The notes: a model not told the origin generated them from the sequence alone. A DNA stretch of 64,000 bases from an uncultured Ktedonobacteraceae bacterium (GCA_964242555.1 CAXTCR010000001.1:1861-65860), one strand, 5' to 3'; numbered from the stretch's first letter, positions 39,254 through 49,032 are shown. Numbers and translations: made by a program.

Positions 39254-40732
39254 TTAGCCCATGACCTCTTCGCGTTCGCGAATAGCATTGGCTTGCTGTC
39301 TGGCTTCATCGGCCTCTGCCGTACGACCGGTTTCACGATAGATTTGCTCGAGCGTCTCATAGGCGAGAAGCATAGAAGGATCCATCGAGATGGCCTGTTG
39401 AGCGGCATCAATCGCCTCGTCGTAACGTTTAGCTTCGCGCAGGGTATCGGCAAGATCGTTATAGTAGTCGACGTTTAACGGGTCGCTGTCGATGGCGTTC
39501 TGGTAGTTCTCGATAGCCTCGTCGTAGCGTCCAAGGGCATCATACGCGCTGGCAAGCTGGTAGTAGCCTTCGGGATCATCCTCTGAACGCTCGAGCAGTG
39601 CATTGGCGGTCTCGATAGCCTTGTCATGCTGTCCAAGTGCATTGTAGGTATCGGCGAGACCTGCATAAGCGGCGGCGATATCATCGGACTGCAGTTCATC
39701 AGAACGCTCAATTAAGCCTTGATAGGCGGTCAAAGCTTCTTCGTAACGTTCGGCCTCGAGGTACGCTTCAGCGAGGCTAAAGCGTGCGGTAATACGCTGT
39801 GGGTCAATTTGGATCGCGTGGACATACGCATCAATCGCTTCGCTCGTGTTATTTTGCACGGAGAGCCACGTGCCGAGATGCTCCCATGCCTCGGCGTCTT
39901 CAGGGTCAATCGCAACGATACGGCGGTAGGCTTCTACCGCTTGATCGCGTTCACCCATTTGCTCATAGACGGCGGCCAGCATATCGTAACCAGTACGTCC
40001 CTCGGGGTCAAGCGAGAGCATTTGATTGGCGACCGAAAGCGCGTCATCGTACCTGCGCATATCGAGGTAGATACTGGCGAGTTCAGCGTAGCGTGTGGGA
40101 TCGGCGGGATCGGCATCAACGCGCCGCTCCTGCTCCATCAAACGACGCTGTTGATCGTTGACGCGCTCACGCACATCGCGCAGGTTGTCGGCAGCGACGG
40201 TATTGTCCGGATTGAGAATAAGTGTTTGGCGATAGGCTTGAATGGCATCCTGATACAGGTTCTGCGTGCGATAGGCATCGCCAATGCTCAGGTATAGCTC
40301 ATCGTTCTCAGGATCAATCTCCTGAGCCAGTTGGAAGGTTTCCAGTGAGTCCTCGTACAGGCCAAGCTCGCCGTACAAATTGCCAAGATTAATGTAGGCA
40401 TCAAGCAGTTGAGGATCGAGATCGATTGCACGTCGATAGCCCGCGACCGCGAATTCTGTGTCGCCAAGATATTGCTGCGCGAGGGCGAGATTATAGCGGG
40501 CGCGTGCGTTTTCAGGATCAAGAGCTACTGCTTGCTCGAATGCTTCGGCGGCAGTGTCGTAGTCTCCCTGTTCGGCAGCCGAGTTGCCGCGATCGGTTAA
40601 TTCCTGCTCGGTTGGTTGACGGTTCGCTTCTTGCATTTCCTGGCGACTCACAAAGTGAACCGGTGCGGTAGTATTCTCGGCGGGTGTTTCCGCGGTGTTC
40701 TCCGTGTTTTCTGTATCCTGTATATCAGCCAT
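39254..40732 (-). CDS. TPR-repeat protein
   Basis: About 12 tandem 34-aa TPR units (A..Y..AL.LDP.N pattern) after an acidic N-terminus. ATG 40732 has AGGAG upstream. Confidence 0.85.
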   Translation of the reverse strand: MADIQDTENTENTAETPAENTTAPVHFVSRQEMQEANRQPTEQELTDRGNSAAEQGDYDTAAEAFEQAVALDPENARARYNLALAQQYLGDTEFAVAGYRRAIDLDPQLLDAYINLGNLYGELGLYEDSLETFQLAQEIDPENDELYLSIGDAYRTQNLYQDAIQAYRQTLILNPDNTVAADNLRDVRERVNDQQRRLMEQERRVDADPADPTRYAELASIYLDMRRYDDALSVANQMLSLDPEGRTGYDMLAAVYEQMGERDQAVEAYRRIVAIDPEDAEAWEHLGTWLSVQNNTSEAIDAYVHAIQIDPQRITARFSLAEAYLEAERYEEALTAYQGLIERSDELQSDDIAAAYAGLADTYNALGQHDKAIETANALLERSEDDPEGYYQLASAYDALGRYDEAIENYQNAIDSDPLNVDYYNDLADTLREAKRYDEAIDAAQQAISMDPSMLLAYETLEQIYRETGRTAEADEARQQANAIREREEVMG

Positions 40733-40886
40733 AAGATATTTCACTCCTAAGTATGTACGGTAGTATCGTGTGCAAGTATTGAAAACAGTTCTCGCGTAGT
40801 ATAACACAGTCCGTTTAGGCATAACACAATCAATTCTCAATTATTCCGACATGTACATACTAGAACAAATGAGAATGGAAGTCTTA

Positions 40887-41624
40887 TTACTTTACACGTA
40901 GAGTGAGTTGTACATTGTAACGTGTGCTGGGATAGAACGCCTCAGTATACTCAATGGGTGCGCCCGTCTCATCAAAGGTCGTACACATAAGGCGTAGACC
41001 AGTTTCAGAGGGGTCTATACGTAGTAGTTCGGCCTCGCGTTGCGAAGGAGTGTCGCCCTTAAATGTTTGCTCGGTGATATATGGATTCATCCCCTCCGAG
41101 GCCATTAAGCCATAGAGCGAGCCTTCTGCAGTCTCTTTAGCACGTTGATAGATGTTCGCGGCCCGGGGATGGGGTAGGTAGTCAACTTCTAGCGCAACGG
41201 GTGTGTCATCGGCGGTACGTAAGCGTTCCAGGCGAACAACCTGATCTTCGTCGTTCAGGCGTAATCGCTCACGTACGGTTTGTGAGCCTCGCACCAGTTC
41301 GCTAACGAGTAACATGCCACCTGGACGCTTACCACGGCGTTTTAACTCGTTCGTGAAGCTTGTAAGTTCGCTAATATCTTGTTGAATACGGGGTTCACAG
41401 ACGAAGGTTCCACGTCCATGTTGACGGTATAATAAACCCTCATGCACCAGTTCGGTAAGAGCTTGCCGTACGGTTGCGCGACTTACCTGATATTGTGCGA
41501 CCAATTCTGGTTCGGAAGGGATGGCGACATGAGGTGCAAGGTGGCCAGCGCGAATCTGTTGCTTCAGCACCTCTTTTAGCTGGTAGTACAGAGGGAGAGG
41601 GTTTGAGCGCTCTAGTGTAGGCAT
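40887..41624 (-). CDS. GntR-family transcriptional regulator (HutC/UTRA subfamily)
   Basis: N-terminal wHTH (LPSEPELVAQYQVSRATVRQALTELVHEGLLYRQHGRGTFV) plus a UTRA-like C-terminus. Confidence 0.85.
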   Translation of the reverse strand: MPTLERSNPLPLYYQLKEVLKQQIRAGHLAPHVAIPSEPELVAQYQVSRATVRQALTELVHEGLLYRQHGRGTFVCEPRIQQDISELTSFTNELKRRGKRPGGMLLVSELVRGSQTVRERLRLNDEDQVVRLERLRTADDTPVALEVDYLPHPRAANIYQRAKETAEGSLYGLMASEGMNPYITEQTFKGDTPSQREAELLRIDPSETGLRLMCTTFDETGAPIEYTEAFYPSTRYNVQLTLRVK

Positions 41625-41806
41625 ATGCGGTTTTCCTTATGTCCTGACAACAGTTCTAATTAAGAAAGATGATGAAGAATGAAGTAGGTCAGGATTCTAG
41701 GATGAATATATCACAAAAGTATACGGGCGTCGAGAGGTAAAATTTTTATGGTCTTCTGATGATCTGGAGGATTATTTCTGCTTATGACAAGCAACTTATT
41801 TAACTC

Positions 41807-41843
41807 CACTAGCTAAGAGGCAGTAGAAACCTCTTAGCTAGTG
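41807..41843 (-). terminator. Hairpin downstream of the DUF3592-like gene (14-bp perfect stem)
   Basis: cactagctaagagg / cctcttagctagtg with a 9-nt loop; no U tract. Confidence 0.4.
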
Positions 41844-41866
41844 TAACTGTAACAATTCCTGCGTAT

Positions 41867-42241
41867 TCATAGTTCCAAGGTGTAGGACAGGGGATTGTTC
41901 GATTTAATGACAACCAACACATTGTCCCCAATGCGCTGTTTGGGACGAAATTCTTGCGGTGAGCTGCTAAAGATATAGGATTGCCGGCTCTTTTTGTCAA
42001 CCCATTTAGCCTTCACCACCCAGCCTTCACGCCACGTTTCTGGCTCCAGTTCTACTTGTGTCACTATTGCTGGAACGCATCCGGTGCAATCATACAGTCT
42101 GCTTACCTTACGTCTATATTTGTGCAAGGCACAGCCAATGTAGAAACACGCAATAGGAACTATACTTGCCAATAGTACAATGAGTGCTACTGGCAGACTT
42201 ACACATATACGGGTAAATGCCATTGTTCTCTCTTCTTGCAT
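41867..42241 (-). CDS. Small membrane-anchored protein, DUF3592-like (putative)
   Basis: N-terminal TM helix followed by a beta-rich region of about 80 aa. The start may instead be the seventh codon (42223). The family call is by eye only. Confidence 0.5.
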   Translation of the reverse strand: MQEERTMAFTRICVSLPVALIVLLASIVPIACFYIGCALHKYRRKVSRLYDCTGCVPAIVTQVELEPETWREGWVVKAKWVDKKSRQSYIFSSSPQEFRPKQRIGDNVLVVIKSNNPLSYTLEL

Positions 42242-42314
42242 TACTGCATCTTCTCACAAAGATGCACTCCAACTATGCACAACATACGTATGCAGCGTCT
42301 CTGGTGAAGCTTGC

Positions 42315-43301
42315 TTAAGCCTCCTGCCTCTTGACTCTCTCGTATGCTTCTGTTTGTGGAGAGGCAAACACTTGCGACCGCAGCCGCTCCATATGACGTG
42401 CTTCTTTTACCCGCGTCAATTCCGCACGAAGCTGCTTATTTTCTTGCTCTATTTGACCTATTCTCATCAAGCGAGTAAGCAAGAGGTTGAGCGAATTGCC
42501 GACGCGCCAGAGCATATTATCCTGATTCATCTTTGCACGAGCAGTTCGATCCCCATTGGCCGCTTGTACCAAGACCTGTGAGAGATGCTGCACTCCCTCG
42601 TCAAGATGCCGCTGACGCTCAATTTCACGGTGTTGCAATTCAGCCTCACGGTGCTGCAATTCAGCGATCTCTTCGGCGCGGTCAGCACGCGCCATTGCAC
42701 GTAAGGCACTACGCACCCAAATATAGGAAACCACCGCTACGACGACTTGCAAGCTGATGGGCTGTGCTACAGCATTAAAGCCCATGTTTGATGAGAGTAC
42801 CATTTGCAGTTCAGGTGTGCGTGGCTGAAACATAAGGTCAGCAGCGATAAATACAATATTGCTGATCGCGACGGGAAAGACGCTGGTGGGAGTCAGTAGC
42901 GAGACCGCGATGAGTTCGGACACGACCAGCAGGTCAAATGTTGGAAGGTCGCTCACGCCTAGGCCCATCGGAGTGGTGAGGAGCATGAGGCCACAACCAA
43001 GGTCTACCACCGTTATGAGCAAAATACTCACCACCGTGACTTTTCCCATTTGGTTAAATAACAGTGCTACGGCACATAGTATCAAGCCAAGAAGGACCGT
43101 ACCAATTGAAGCTACACTCTTCATCAAGAGAGCACCCGGCAACGCGATCAGTTGTGACAGAGTAATGACCAGGAGAATGGCGTTCACCACTTTTCTGCCT
43201 TGAACCTGTTCACGCAATAGGCGTTGGGTGTTGCGTTTGACAATTGTTGGGTGAATTGTGCTACTTTGCGCGAGGCGATCTGTGAGTGGAAGCATACCCA
43301 T
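42315..43301 (-). CDS. Polytopic membrane protein with C-terminal HAMP-like segment and coiled coil
   Basis: ATG 43301 has AAAGGGG 8 nt upstream. About 6 TM helices are followed by VQAANGDRTARAKMNQDNMLWRVGNSLNLLLTRL (HAMP-like) and heptad-rich helices. Confidence 0.6.
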   Translation of the reverse strand: MGMLPLTDRLAQSSTIHPTIVKRNTQRLLREQVQGRKVVNAILLVITLSQLIALPGALLMKSVASIGTVLLGLILCAVALLFNQMGKVTVVSILLITVVDLGCGLMLLTTPMGLGVSDLPTFDLLVVSELIAVSLLTPTSVFPVAISNIVFIAADLMFQPRTPELQMVLSSNMGFNAVAQPISLQVVVAVVSYIWVRSALRAMARADRAEEIAELQHREAELQHREIERQRHLDEGVQHLSQVLVQAANGDRTARAKMNQDNMLWRVGNSLNLLLTRLMRIGQIEQENKQLRAELTRVKEARHMERLRSQVFASPQTEAYERVKRQEA

Positions 43302-43456
43302 GATCTTTTCCCCTTTCTTGATTGGAATAGGAGTAACAATTTTCTCTCTGCACATTCTTTGCAGAGATACATACGTGAACTTCACATCCTCCATCTACAC
43401 CAGTGGAAAACGTTTCCGTTCTCCGCTGGCATCCTCTTGCTACACATCCGATATTC

Positions 43457-44998
43457 CTAAACGATACCATTAATGTATGCTAGTGCCTTCACGCCTGCGA
43501 CGACCGCAACCTTTTGACCAAGTGTTCGCCCGTCCTCGTCGGCTTTCTGGAAGTGAATACCGCCATAGCGACGTGACATTCCTGCTTGAATAGCTGCAGA
43601 GGAGAAGGTCGGCCAGGAGAGAGTCACACTGCTTGCAGGAGTGATTCCAGGCTCGATGGTAGAAGACCCTGCGGAGGCTGTGTAGGAATTGCCAAAGGTA
43701 TCAGTTCCAGCGCCAAAGAGTGCGTACGCTGCGCCAGAGAGAATAGTTGCTCCGACAGCACTAAACGTACTATGCCCCGACACATATTCGGGGAACGCTG
43801 GCGTCTTGATGTAACTCTGCCATAGACTACCATCAAACGTTTGTGTACCTTTGCCAGGGCCGGCCCAGGCAGTAATAGGTGTTCCAGTATAGAGAGTGTG
43901 TATGGCACTGACCGGACGACAAGAGTCATAGTAACGTTTACACTCCCAACAGGCGATACTCGCATCAAAAATTGCGTTAGTAAGCGCGAAGAACAACATA
44001 ACGTCGTTATTCAGCGTGTGGTTATACTTTTTCGAGACGTACTGAGCCAGGAAAAACTGTGACATCAAGTCCCAGTGTCCAGGAGGAGTGACAGACTTTG
44101 GACCATCCGCCCAATATTCAGCAATCACTTTGCTCGTATCATTGAGGCCAGCACTCAGACTTAGCACGTCATTCACCTGTCCGGCAAAGGCTTGCGTTGA
44201 GGAATAAGGGATGGGACCGGAGGGCCGGAACTGACTGGCACTGCTCAGCGCAAAGGGTTTGACCAGCCCCCATTGGGGGGTGAGGAATTTCTGTGTGCCG
44301 AGAGGCTGCCAGTGATCAGGATTTCCAAGCGTGGGAGTATAGCCTGTATAATCGGAGTATGGGCCAGAGGACCCAGCCGCATCACCAAGCTGGTTTGAGC
44401 CGTCCTGGTGTCGATAGGCTAGGATTGCCTGTGCAGCTACGTTGCCGACGCCTGTAGGTGTACTGGTATCTGTCGAGGTATCAGCAGGATTATATCCAAG
44501 ACCGTTCATCACCGCGTTGAAAGAGGACACTTGAGTCGGGAAAAGGTCTACCAGTGCCCGGTACGCGGCAAAGGAGAGCGCCTGTGTCGCGTTTAAGCCT
44601 TTGTTATCTCCCTTCTGGCGAGGAATACCGTTGGACTGGGTAGGAACAGCAGTCCGATCGTAGGTTGCCCATGCATCATATATAGCGGTGTGCACAATGG
44701 CAAGCGCTCGTGCGCCGATAGTGGGACCGGTTGCGGTAGCACCAATCGCCTGAAGCGCGGCACTATTCCATTGAACGACCGGATTTACGCTTGGCGTTGG
44801 AGAAGGTTTAGCTGCGAATGTCAGTCCTTTCTCCAATTCAAAGAAGGTGCCAGCACCTGCAGTGACAACCGCTACACCCAAACCCGTACGCAAGATGGTG
44901 CGTCTGCTCACACGCTTTCTCATCTCTTCCATCAAATCATGCGTCCCTTCTCCTTCGCTACTTGGTTGCACACTGTCGCGGTACTTTCTTGTGTTCAT
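43457..44998 (-). CDS. Tat-exported PAP2 / vanadium-dependent haloperoxidase family protein
   Basis: Tat signal SRRTILRTGLGVAVVTAGAG. PAP2 motifs CKRYYDSCRP, PEYVSGHSTF and SRRYGGIHFQKAD. AGGAG lies 6 nt upstream of ATG 44998. Confidence 0.75.
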   Translation of the reverse strand: MNTRKYRDSVQPSSEGEGTHDLMEEMRKRVSRRTILRTGLGVAVVTAGAGTFFELEKGLTFAAKPSPTPSVNPVVQWNSAALQAIGATATGPTIGARALAIVHTAIYDAWATYDRTAVPTQSNGIPRQKGDNKGLNATQALSFAAYRALVDLFPTQVSSFNAVMNGLGYNPADTSTDTSTPTGVGNVAAQAILAYRHQDGSNQLGDAAGSSGPYSDYTGYTPTLGNPDHWQPLGTQKFLTPQWGLVKPFALSSASQFRPSGPIPYSSTQAFAGQVNDVLSLSAGLNDTSKVIAEYWADGPKSVTPPGHWDLMSQFFLAQYVSKKYNHTLNNDVMLFFALTNAIFDASIACWECKRYYDSCRPVSAIHTLYTGTPITAWAGPGKGTQTFDGSLWQSYIKTPAFPEYVSGHSTFSAVGATILSGAAYALFGAGTDTFGNSYTASAGSSTIEPGITPASSVTLSWPTFSSAAIQAGMSRRYGGIHFQKADEDGRTLGQKVAVVAGVKALAYINGIV

Positions 44999-45616
44999 TA
45001 GTTTCTCCTTTTTGAGAACTCACCGGTACAAATAGTACTAATATCCCGAAAATTCTCTTTTTTTGTCCAATACCCAAATAGAAATATTTCTATATGTCAA
45101 TATGAAGGACCTGCACAGAGTAGTAACCATACATGCGTTACTAAAGAGAAAAAGCCATTGGTTACATCATATTGACTATCTTAAAGAGGAAAAAGCCTCT
45201 ATTCGTCTCTTGTGTACACAAGAGAGATACTCTATATCCTGTAACGAATAGCAAACAATTAGTAACAAGAGAAATTACATAAATATGCTATATTAGCTAG
45301 TTCAAAACACAGCACCTTCACTTTTAATAATTCTAAAAGGATTTCTCGCTATAAACAAAGTGTTCTATGCTAAAATTGATGTATAAACATTGTATCAGGT
45401 ACATAGGTCAAATTCCAAAGGTGGTACCTTTGGAGTATGTGTTTCTCCATCTAAGTTGCACATGATGTAGAATACTAATAACAAATGTCATATTTACTAA
45501 TCGAAAGTACTACGAAAAAATACTTCCAAATTTTGGATGATTGTGTAAAAAATGCTCCTATTATAAGCAGAGAGCAATGATGAACGAAGCACTGAAGCGG
45601 AAGGAAACGAGGAGTC

Positions 45617-47041
45617 ATGCCACATACACAGTACGATATGACCGTAATTGGAGGTGGGTCAGCGGGGCTTACGGCAGCATATATCGCGGCATCGTTAGGA
45701 GCGAATGTTCTACTGGTGGATAAAGAGAAACTTGGTGGTGATTGTCTACATTATGGGTGTGTACCAAGTAAAAGCTTAATTCATGTTGCTCGCATGGTCA
45801 GGCACACACAAGAGGCTATGAGCTTTGGTCCAAATGTGGAACAAAGAAGTATTGATATGACAAAAGTCAGCACCTATATTAAGAATGTGATTGAGCGGAT
45901 CGGGAAAGGCGAAGAAGCCTATGTCAAGAACGTAACGGTCAAGTTTGGCGCAGTCGAATTCGCATCTCCTACGAAACTGCTCTTGAATGGAGAACCTGTT
46001 ACGAGCCGCACTACGCTTATCGCTGCAGGTTCGCGCCCTACCATTCCAAATATTGAAGGTCTGGAGGAGACTGAGTACTATACGAATAACGATCTCTTTG
46101 ATTTGGAACACCTGCCTACCTCACTGCTCGTCATCGGTGGTGGACCTGTCGGTGTAGAAATGGGTCAAGCATTTGCACGTTTAGGCGCTCAGGTAACGCT
46201 CATCACTCGTGCCCAGCGTATCCTGCCCAAGGAAGACATTGATGCCTCTACAACGCTTGCACACGCACTAACATCCGAAGGTATCAGGCTTATCACAGGA
46301 GCTACTCCCCTCAAAATTGAGCGCGACGGGAATAAAAAAGTGGTGAGGGTACAGCATGGAGAAGAGCAACAGACACTTGAGGCTGATGCACTGCTGCTCG
46401 CAGTGGGACGCCAACCTAATGTAGAGGAACTGAATTTAGATGCTGCCAATATTCAGTATGACAACAAAGGTATCAAAGTTGACCAATATCTACGAACGAC
46501 AGCACCAAACGTCTATGCTCTCGGCGACGTTATCGGCGGGTACCTCTTTACTCATGTCGCTGCATATCAGGCAGGAGTGGCGGTGCGTAACGCGTTAGTT
46601 CCTGTAAGCAAGAAAAAGGTCGATTATCGAGTTGTGCCGTGGTGTACCTTCACGGAACCCGAAGTTGCACACGTCGGACTTACGCACGAAGAGGCCAAAA
46701 AGCAGCACAAGGATATCCGCATAGCAGTGTTTCCCTTGACCGAGGTCGACCGTGCCCAAACCGAAAACGAGACAGTAGGATTTATTAAACTCGTTCTCGC
46801 AGGAAAAAAACAGGAGATTGTGGGAGCACACATCGTTGGTCTACATGCAGGTGAACTGCTAGGCGAAATGACACTTGCCATACAGCACCATATGACAATT
46901 GATGATATCTACAACACCATCCATGCCTATCCCACGGTGGCGACTGGCATTCAGCAAGCTGCATTTGCAGCATATCTTCGCAGCAATGAGGCCGCAAACA
47001 ACCGCAAGCTAGTACGCGCACTACTCAAGTTTCGGGGCTAG
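45617..47041 (+). CDS. Pyridine nucleotide-disulfide oxidoreductase (dihydrolipoyl dehydrogenase / mercuric-reductase-like family)
   Basis: GGGSAGLTAA FAD site, redox disulfide CLHYGCVPSK, a second Rossmann motif IGGGPVGVEMG and a dimerisation domain. There is no MerA C-terminal Cys pair. Confidence 0.85.
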   Translation: MPHTQYDMTVIGGGSAGLTAAYIAASLGANVLLVDKEKLGGDCLHYGCVPSKSLIHVARMVRHTQEAMSFGPNVEQRSIDMTKVSTYIKNVIERIGKGEEAYVKNVTVKFGAVEFASPTKLLLNGEPVTSRTTLIAAGSRPTIPNIEGLEETEYYTNNDLFDLEHLPTSLLVIGGGPVGVEMGQAFARLGAQVTLITRAQRILPKEDIDASTTLAHALTSEGIRLITGATPLKIERDGNKKVVRVQHGEEQQTLEADALLLAVGRQPNVEELNLDAANIQYDNKGIKVDQYLRTTAPNVYALGDVIGGYLFTHVAAYQAGVAVRNALVPVSKKKVDYRVVPWCTFTEPEVAHVGLTHEEAKKQHKDIRIAVFPLTEVDRAQTENETVGFIKLVLAGKKQEIVGAHIVGLHAGELLGEMTLAIQHHMTIDDIYNTIHAYPTVATGIQQAAFAAYLRSNEAANNRKLVRALLKFRG

Positions 47042-47077
47042 CATTCTGTAACAACTCATCAAAGCTCTATTCGAGTG

Positions 47078-47179
47078 TCAGCTTTTCAGGAGAAAAGCAA
47101 CGAGCACGTAAATAATAACTACGATCAACAAAATAACAATGCTCAAGGCAAAAAGTGGACTGCTAAGAAATTGACTCAT
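47078..47179 (-). CDS. 33-aa hydrophobic single-helix peptide (candidate small membrane protein)
   Basis: Not in the ORF track. AGGAG lies 8 nt upstream of ATG 47179. Product is MSQFLSSPLFALSIVILLIVVIIYVLVAFLLKS. A 7-bp hairpin covers the stop. Confidence 0.4.
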   Translation of the reverse strand: MSQFLSSPLFALSIVILLIVVIIYVLVAFLLKS

Positions 47180-47228
47180 TTGCTTTTCTCCTAAAATGTC
47201 GATTGAGATAGGGAGTTTTAATCTTTCA

Positions 47229-47258
47229 TTGGAACGCGGACGCAAAAACATCTATAAT
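47229..47258 (+). promoter_or_regulatory. Sigma-70-type promoter (TTGGAA-18 nt-TATAAT) ahead of the photolyase-family gene
   Basis: -35 at 47229-47234 and -10 at 47253-47258, about 50 nt upstream of GTG 47310. Confidence 0.5.
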
Positions 47259-47309
47259 GTAGAGAGAGGATTGTTAGTCTAGGTATCTGAAAAGAAGATA
47301 GCGTGTGTC

Positions 47310-48899
47310 GTGAAAACAAGTATCCAGGTTGTTTGGTATAAACGCGATCTGCGCATCTCTGATGCAGCACCCTTATATGCAGCGGCACAGCACGGTCCCG
47401 TTCTTCCACTTTATATTGTCGAACCCTCACTTATACACGCTCAGGACTTTGACCCAGCACATTGGACATTTATTCGGCAGAGTCTTGAGGTTTTACGTAC
47501 AGAGCTTGCCGCCCTTGGACAACCACTTCTTGTGCGTGTTGGTGAGGTTGTCGACGTGCTGCAAGCACTTGCAGACGAATTTTCCATAGATGTGCTGTGG
47601 TCCCATGAAGAAACGGGCAATTGGCAGACCTACCAGCGTGATATTGCAGTAAGACGGTGGGCAAAAGCGCGTGGTATTCCCTGGCATGAGTTACCACATA
47701 CGGGAGTCATACGACGTTTGAAGAGTCGAGACGGGTGGGCGAATGCGTGGGAAGAGTATATGCGTTCACCGCTTGCCAAGAAGCCGGAGCGTCTACAACC
47801 AGTTCCGGAGATTGCAATTGGCGATATTCCTCCACACGAGAGCCTTGGACTACTTCCTGCGTCGCGTGTCCAGACCCAACAGGGCGGAGAACATGAGGCA
47901 CAACAGGTGCTTTTGAGTTTTCTGCGCGAGCGTGGATCTGGCTATCAGAAGGCAATGTCAAGTCCGGTTTCGGCGTGGGAGACATGTTCGCGCTTAAGTC
48001 CGCACCTTGCATGGGGAACGATCTCCCTGCGCTCGGTTTATCATGCGGTACTGAGGCATCAGGAAATACTTCGACAGACTGATGGGCGGGAACGGGCAGA
48101 AGTTGCAGGTCCTACGCTTAAAGATTTGAATGCTTTCCAGTCGCGGCTACACTGGCGAAGTCATTTCATGCAGAAGCTAGAGGACGAGCCACGTATCGAA
48201 TTTGAGAATTTCAATACTGCCTACGATGGGTTACGCGAAAACGAGTTTAACCGTGAATGGTTTGAGGCATGGTGTTGTGGGAAGACGGGCTATCCGCTGG
48301 TGGATGCGTGTATGCGAGCTGTGTGTGCGACAGGATATCTCAATTTCCGCATGCGGGCCATGCTTGTGTCTTTTGCGAGCTACGATCTGTGGTTGCACTG
48401 GCGAGAAACCGGGCTGTTCCTGGCACGTCAATGGCTCGACTATGAACCGGGGATACACTACAGTCAAATGCAAATGCAATCAGGCACAACAGGGATTAAC
48501 ACGGTGCGTATTTATGATCCGACGAAACAGGCGCACGATCAAGATCCTGAGGGTGTATTCATTCGTCAGTGGGTGCCAGAACTCGGAAACGTTCCGCAAG
48601 CGTACATTCATGAACCGTGGCATATGCCAACAGATGTACAACACACATATGGGTGTGTACTTGGGCGAGACTACCCACTCCCAATCGTTGACCACAAAAG
48701 TGCCGCACGAACAGCGAACAGCCACATTGCAGCATTAAGGCGCGAGAGAACGACAAAAGAGAAGTCACGTTCAGTGCTCCTGCGACATGGAAGCCGAAAG
48801 GACGTGAGGCACCGGCTCAAAGCGCTGAGAGAGGGTGAGGTGCAACAGCCACCCCTCGATGCTTCATGGCTGGACGAGAGCACGGATGACGTTAGCTAA
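47310..48899 (+). CDS. Cryptochrome/photolyase family protein
   Basis: VVWYKRDLRISD N-terminus and an FAD-binding domain (RLSPHLAWGTIS, TGYPLVDACMR, NFRMRAMLVSF, DPEGVFIRQWVPEL). Confidence 0.85.
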   Translation: MKTSIQVVWYKRDLRISDAAPLYAAAQHGPVLPLYIVEPSLIHAQDFDPAHWTFIRQSLEVLRTELAALGQPLLVRVGEVVDVLQALADEFSIDVLWSHEETGNWQTYQRDIAVRRWAKARGIPWHELPHTGVIRRLKSRDGWANAWEEYMRSPLAKKPERLQPVPEIAIGDIPPHESLGLLPASRVQTQQGGEHEAQQVLLSFLRERGSGYQKAMSSPVSAWETCSRLSPHLAWGTISLRSVYHAVLRHQEILRQTDGRERAEVAGPTLKDLNAFQSRLHWRSHFMQKLEDEPRIEFENFNTAYDGLRENEFNREWFEAWCCGKTGYPLVDACMRAVCATGYLNFRMRAMLVSFASYDLWLHWRETGLFLARQWLDYEPGIHYSQMQMQSGTTGINTVRIYDPTKQAHDQDPEGVFIRQWVPELGNVPQAYIHEPWHMPTDVQHTYGCVLGRDYPLPIVDHKSAARTANSHIAALRRERTTKEKSRSVLLRHGSRKDVRHRLKALREGEVQQPPLDASWLDESTDDVS

Positions 48900-48920
48900 A
48901 TTTTTAGCCTCAAACAAGAA

Positions 48921-48997
48921 AACTGGACACCCACAACGCACTACCCTCTCGTACACGAAGCGTGCATGAGAGGGTAGTGCGTTGTGGGTGTCCAGTT
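48921..48997. terminator. Bidirectional long hairpin (30-bp perfect stem)
   Basis: Arms 48921-48950 and 48968-48997 are exact reverse complements. It lies between convergent stops at 48899 and 49033. Confidence 0.6.
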
Positions 48998-49032
48998 CGT
49001 TTCCATGTAATTCCCGAACAAGCTTTTACCTA

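Noticed and set aside
45063-45251. 62-aa ORF (and 45541-45723) inside the AT-rich intergenic region
   Set aside because: No RBS, and the composition is atypical for this genome. This is expected by chance in AT-rich DNA. 45541-45723 also overlaps the real reductase start.
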